Below are positions 62,901 through 64,000 of a stretch of DNA of 64,000 nt, piece by piece; positions within the stretch are counted from its first letter, which is position 1, and every line of letters begins with the position of its first letter. Both the position numbers and the translations under genes were made by a program. Source of the stretch: Bugula neritina. Lineage: Eukaryota > Animalia > Bryozoa. The notes beneath the pieces are model-generated. The model did no database searches. It was not told where the DNA came from and was given only the letters and a program-made list of their open reading frames with translations. The DNA lies in contig OZ037765.1 in assembly GCA_964035545.1 (NCBI GenBank), positions 34,285,504 to 34,349,503 of the forward strand, in the 5' to 3' direction.

Positions 62901-64000
62901 GACTTATATCATATTATATTATATTATAGTATATTATATTATATTATATTATATTATATTATATCATATTATAGTGGTGGTCACCTTTCACTGCCGTGTG
63001 GCCGGATCACATCATATTAAATTATAGTATAGTATGTTGTTTTATTATACTGACATATATTATATTATATGACAAATATAATACTGACCTATACTATAAC
63101 ATGTTGTTATTGTAACTATTATACTAACCTACATCATATTATATTGTACTATAGTATGATATTATATTAATATACCATAACACATGCAATACAGAACTAT
63201 AAACAACATGGCCATGTTAATCCTTTACACACAGTTTCAGTTAGTATACAGAATATACAGAGTAAAATATTAATATATTATGTTATATTTTACTTTCCTT
63301 AGAGCTGTGTTCTGTCAACAACTGAGTAACTATAGTAACCAGAGGGAGTAGTAATGTTGTCTGTATTATGTTGTTAGTCTTTATTATATATTATATTATA
63401 TTATATTATATTATATTATATCATATTATATTATATTATATTATATTATATTATATCATATTATATTATATTATATTATATTATATTATATTATATTATA
63501 TTATATCATATTATATTATATTATATTATATTGTATTATATTATATTATATTATATTATAACAGGATTTGGGATTTCTGATCACCTTGACCTTTGACCGC
63601 TTTTGACATTTACAATAACTGTTGAGTGTCTTTTCCTAAACCCTCCCAATCCAAACCTATACCCCCATCCCAACTCCCCAAACTCAATATTGTAAATGCG
63701 CCACCTATTAAATGCCATCGACTTTTTCACTGATAGTCTAAACACAATATTTTCCTAAATTCTGAGAATAGCATGTTTATTGTTATACTCTAATGACTAT
63801 ACTGTAGTTATATTACATGTAAACTGTATACAGTATCATAGCTACATCTATTACCAGCCACTATACAGCTATTCACATCTGTCACATCTGTCAACTGCAA
63901 GTTTTCCTGTTGGCTGGCTGCCAAAAGTCTTCTATAAACTAGAACTGATACCAAAGAGTATACATAGCTTGAGTGGATATCATTATTATAAAGGTGTCTA

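Larger units (their letters stand above)
1..64000 (+). repeat. Tandem segmental duplication, ~22-24 kb period, at least 3 units
   Basis: Homologous anchors at 883/24642/46557 (NOL11-like ATG) and 9028/35429/58687 (Roco-caspase ATG). Confidence 0.95.

Overview
AT-rich, intron-containing animal (probably invertebrate) genomic DNA. The window is a head-to-tail tandem segmental duplication with a period of about 22-24 kb: unit A ~1-23.5k, unit B ~23.5-45.6k, unit C from ~45.6k running off the end. Each unit has a 23-bp satellite, a decayed NOL11-like gene and then one multi-exon + strand gene. By hand-splicing (GT-AG, phases consistent, no stops) that gene encodes an N-myristoylation motif (MGxxxS), LRRs, a Roc GTPase, a COR domain, a Cys-rich segment and a full caspase (p20+p10, catalytic His and Cys intact, atypical HACSG motif). 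Copy 1 (9028-22781, ~1588 aa) has nine 144-nt phase-2/phase-2 LRR exons. Copy 2 (35429-45209, ~1250 aa) has only two. The exons share a fixed framework and vary at predicted solvent-exposed LRR positions. This suggests a diversifying single-chain sensor-switch-protease immune or death receptor family (LRR-Roco-caspase); that function is inferred, not shown. Unit C holds tandemly repeated promoter/first-exon modules of further copies. Also present are an RTE LINE, an L2/CR1-type fragment, hAT, Harbinger-like and Tc1/pogo-like non-autonomous elements, and many minisatellites.
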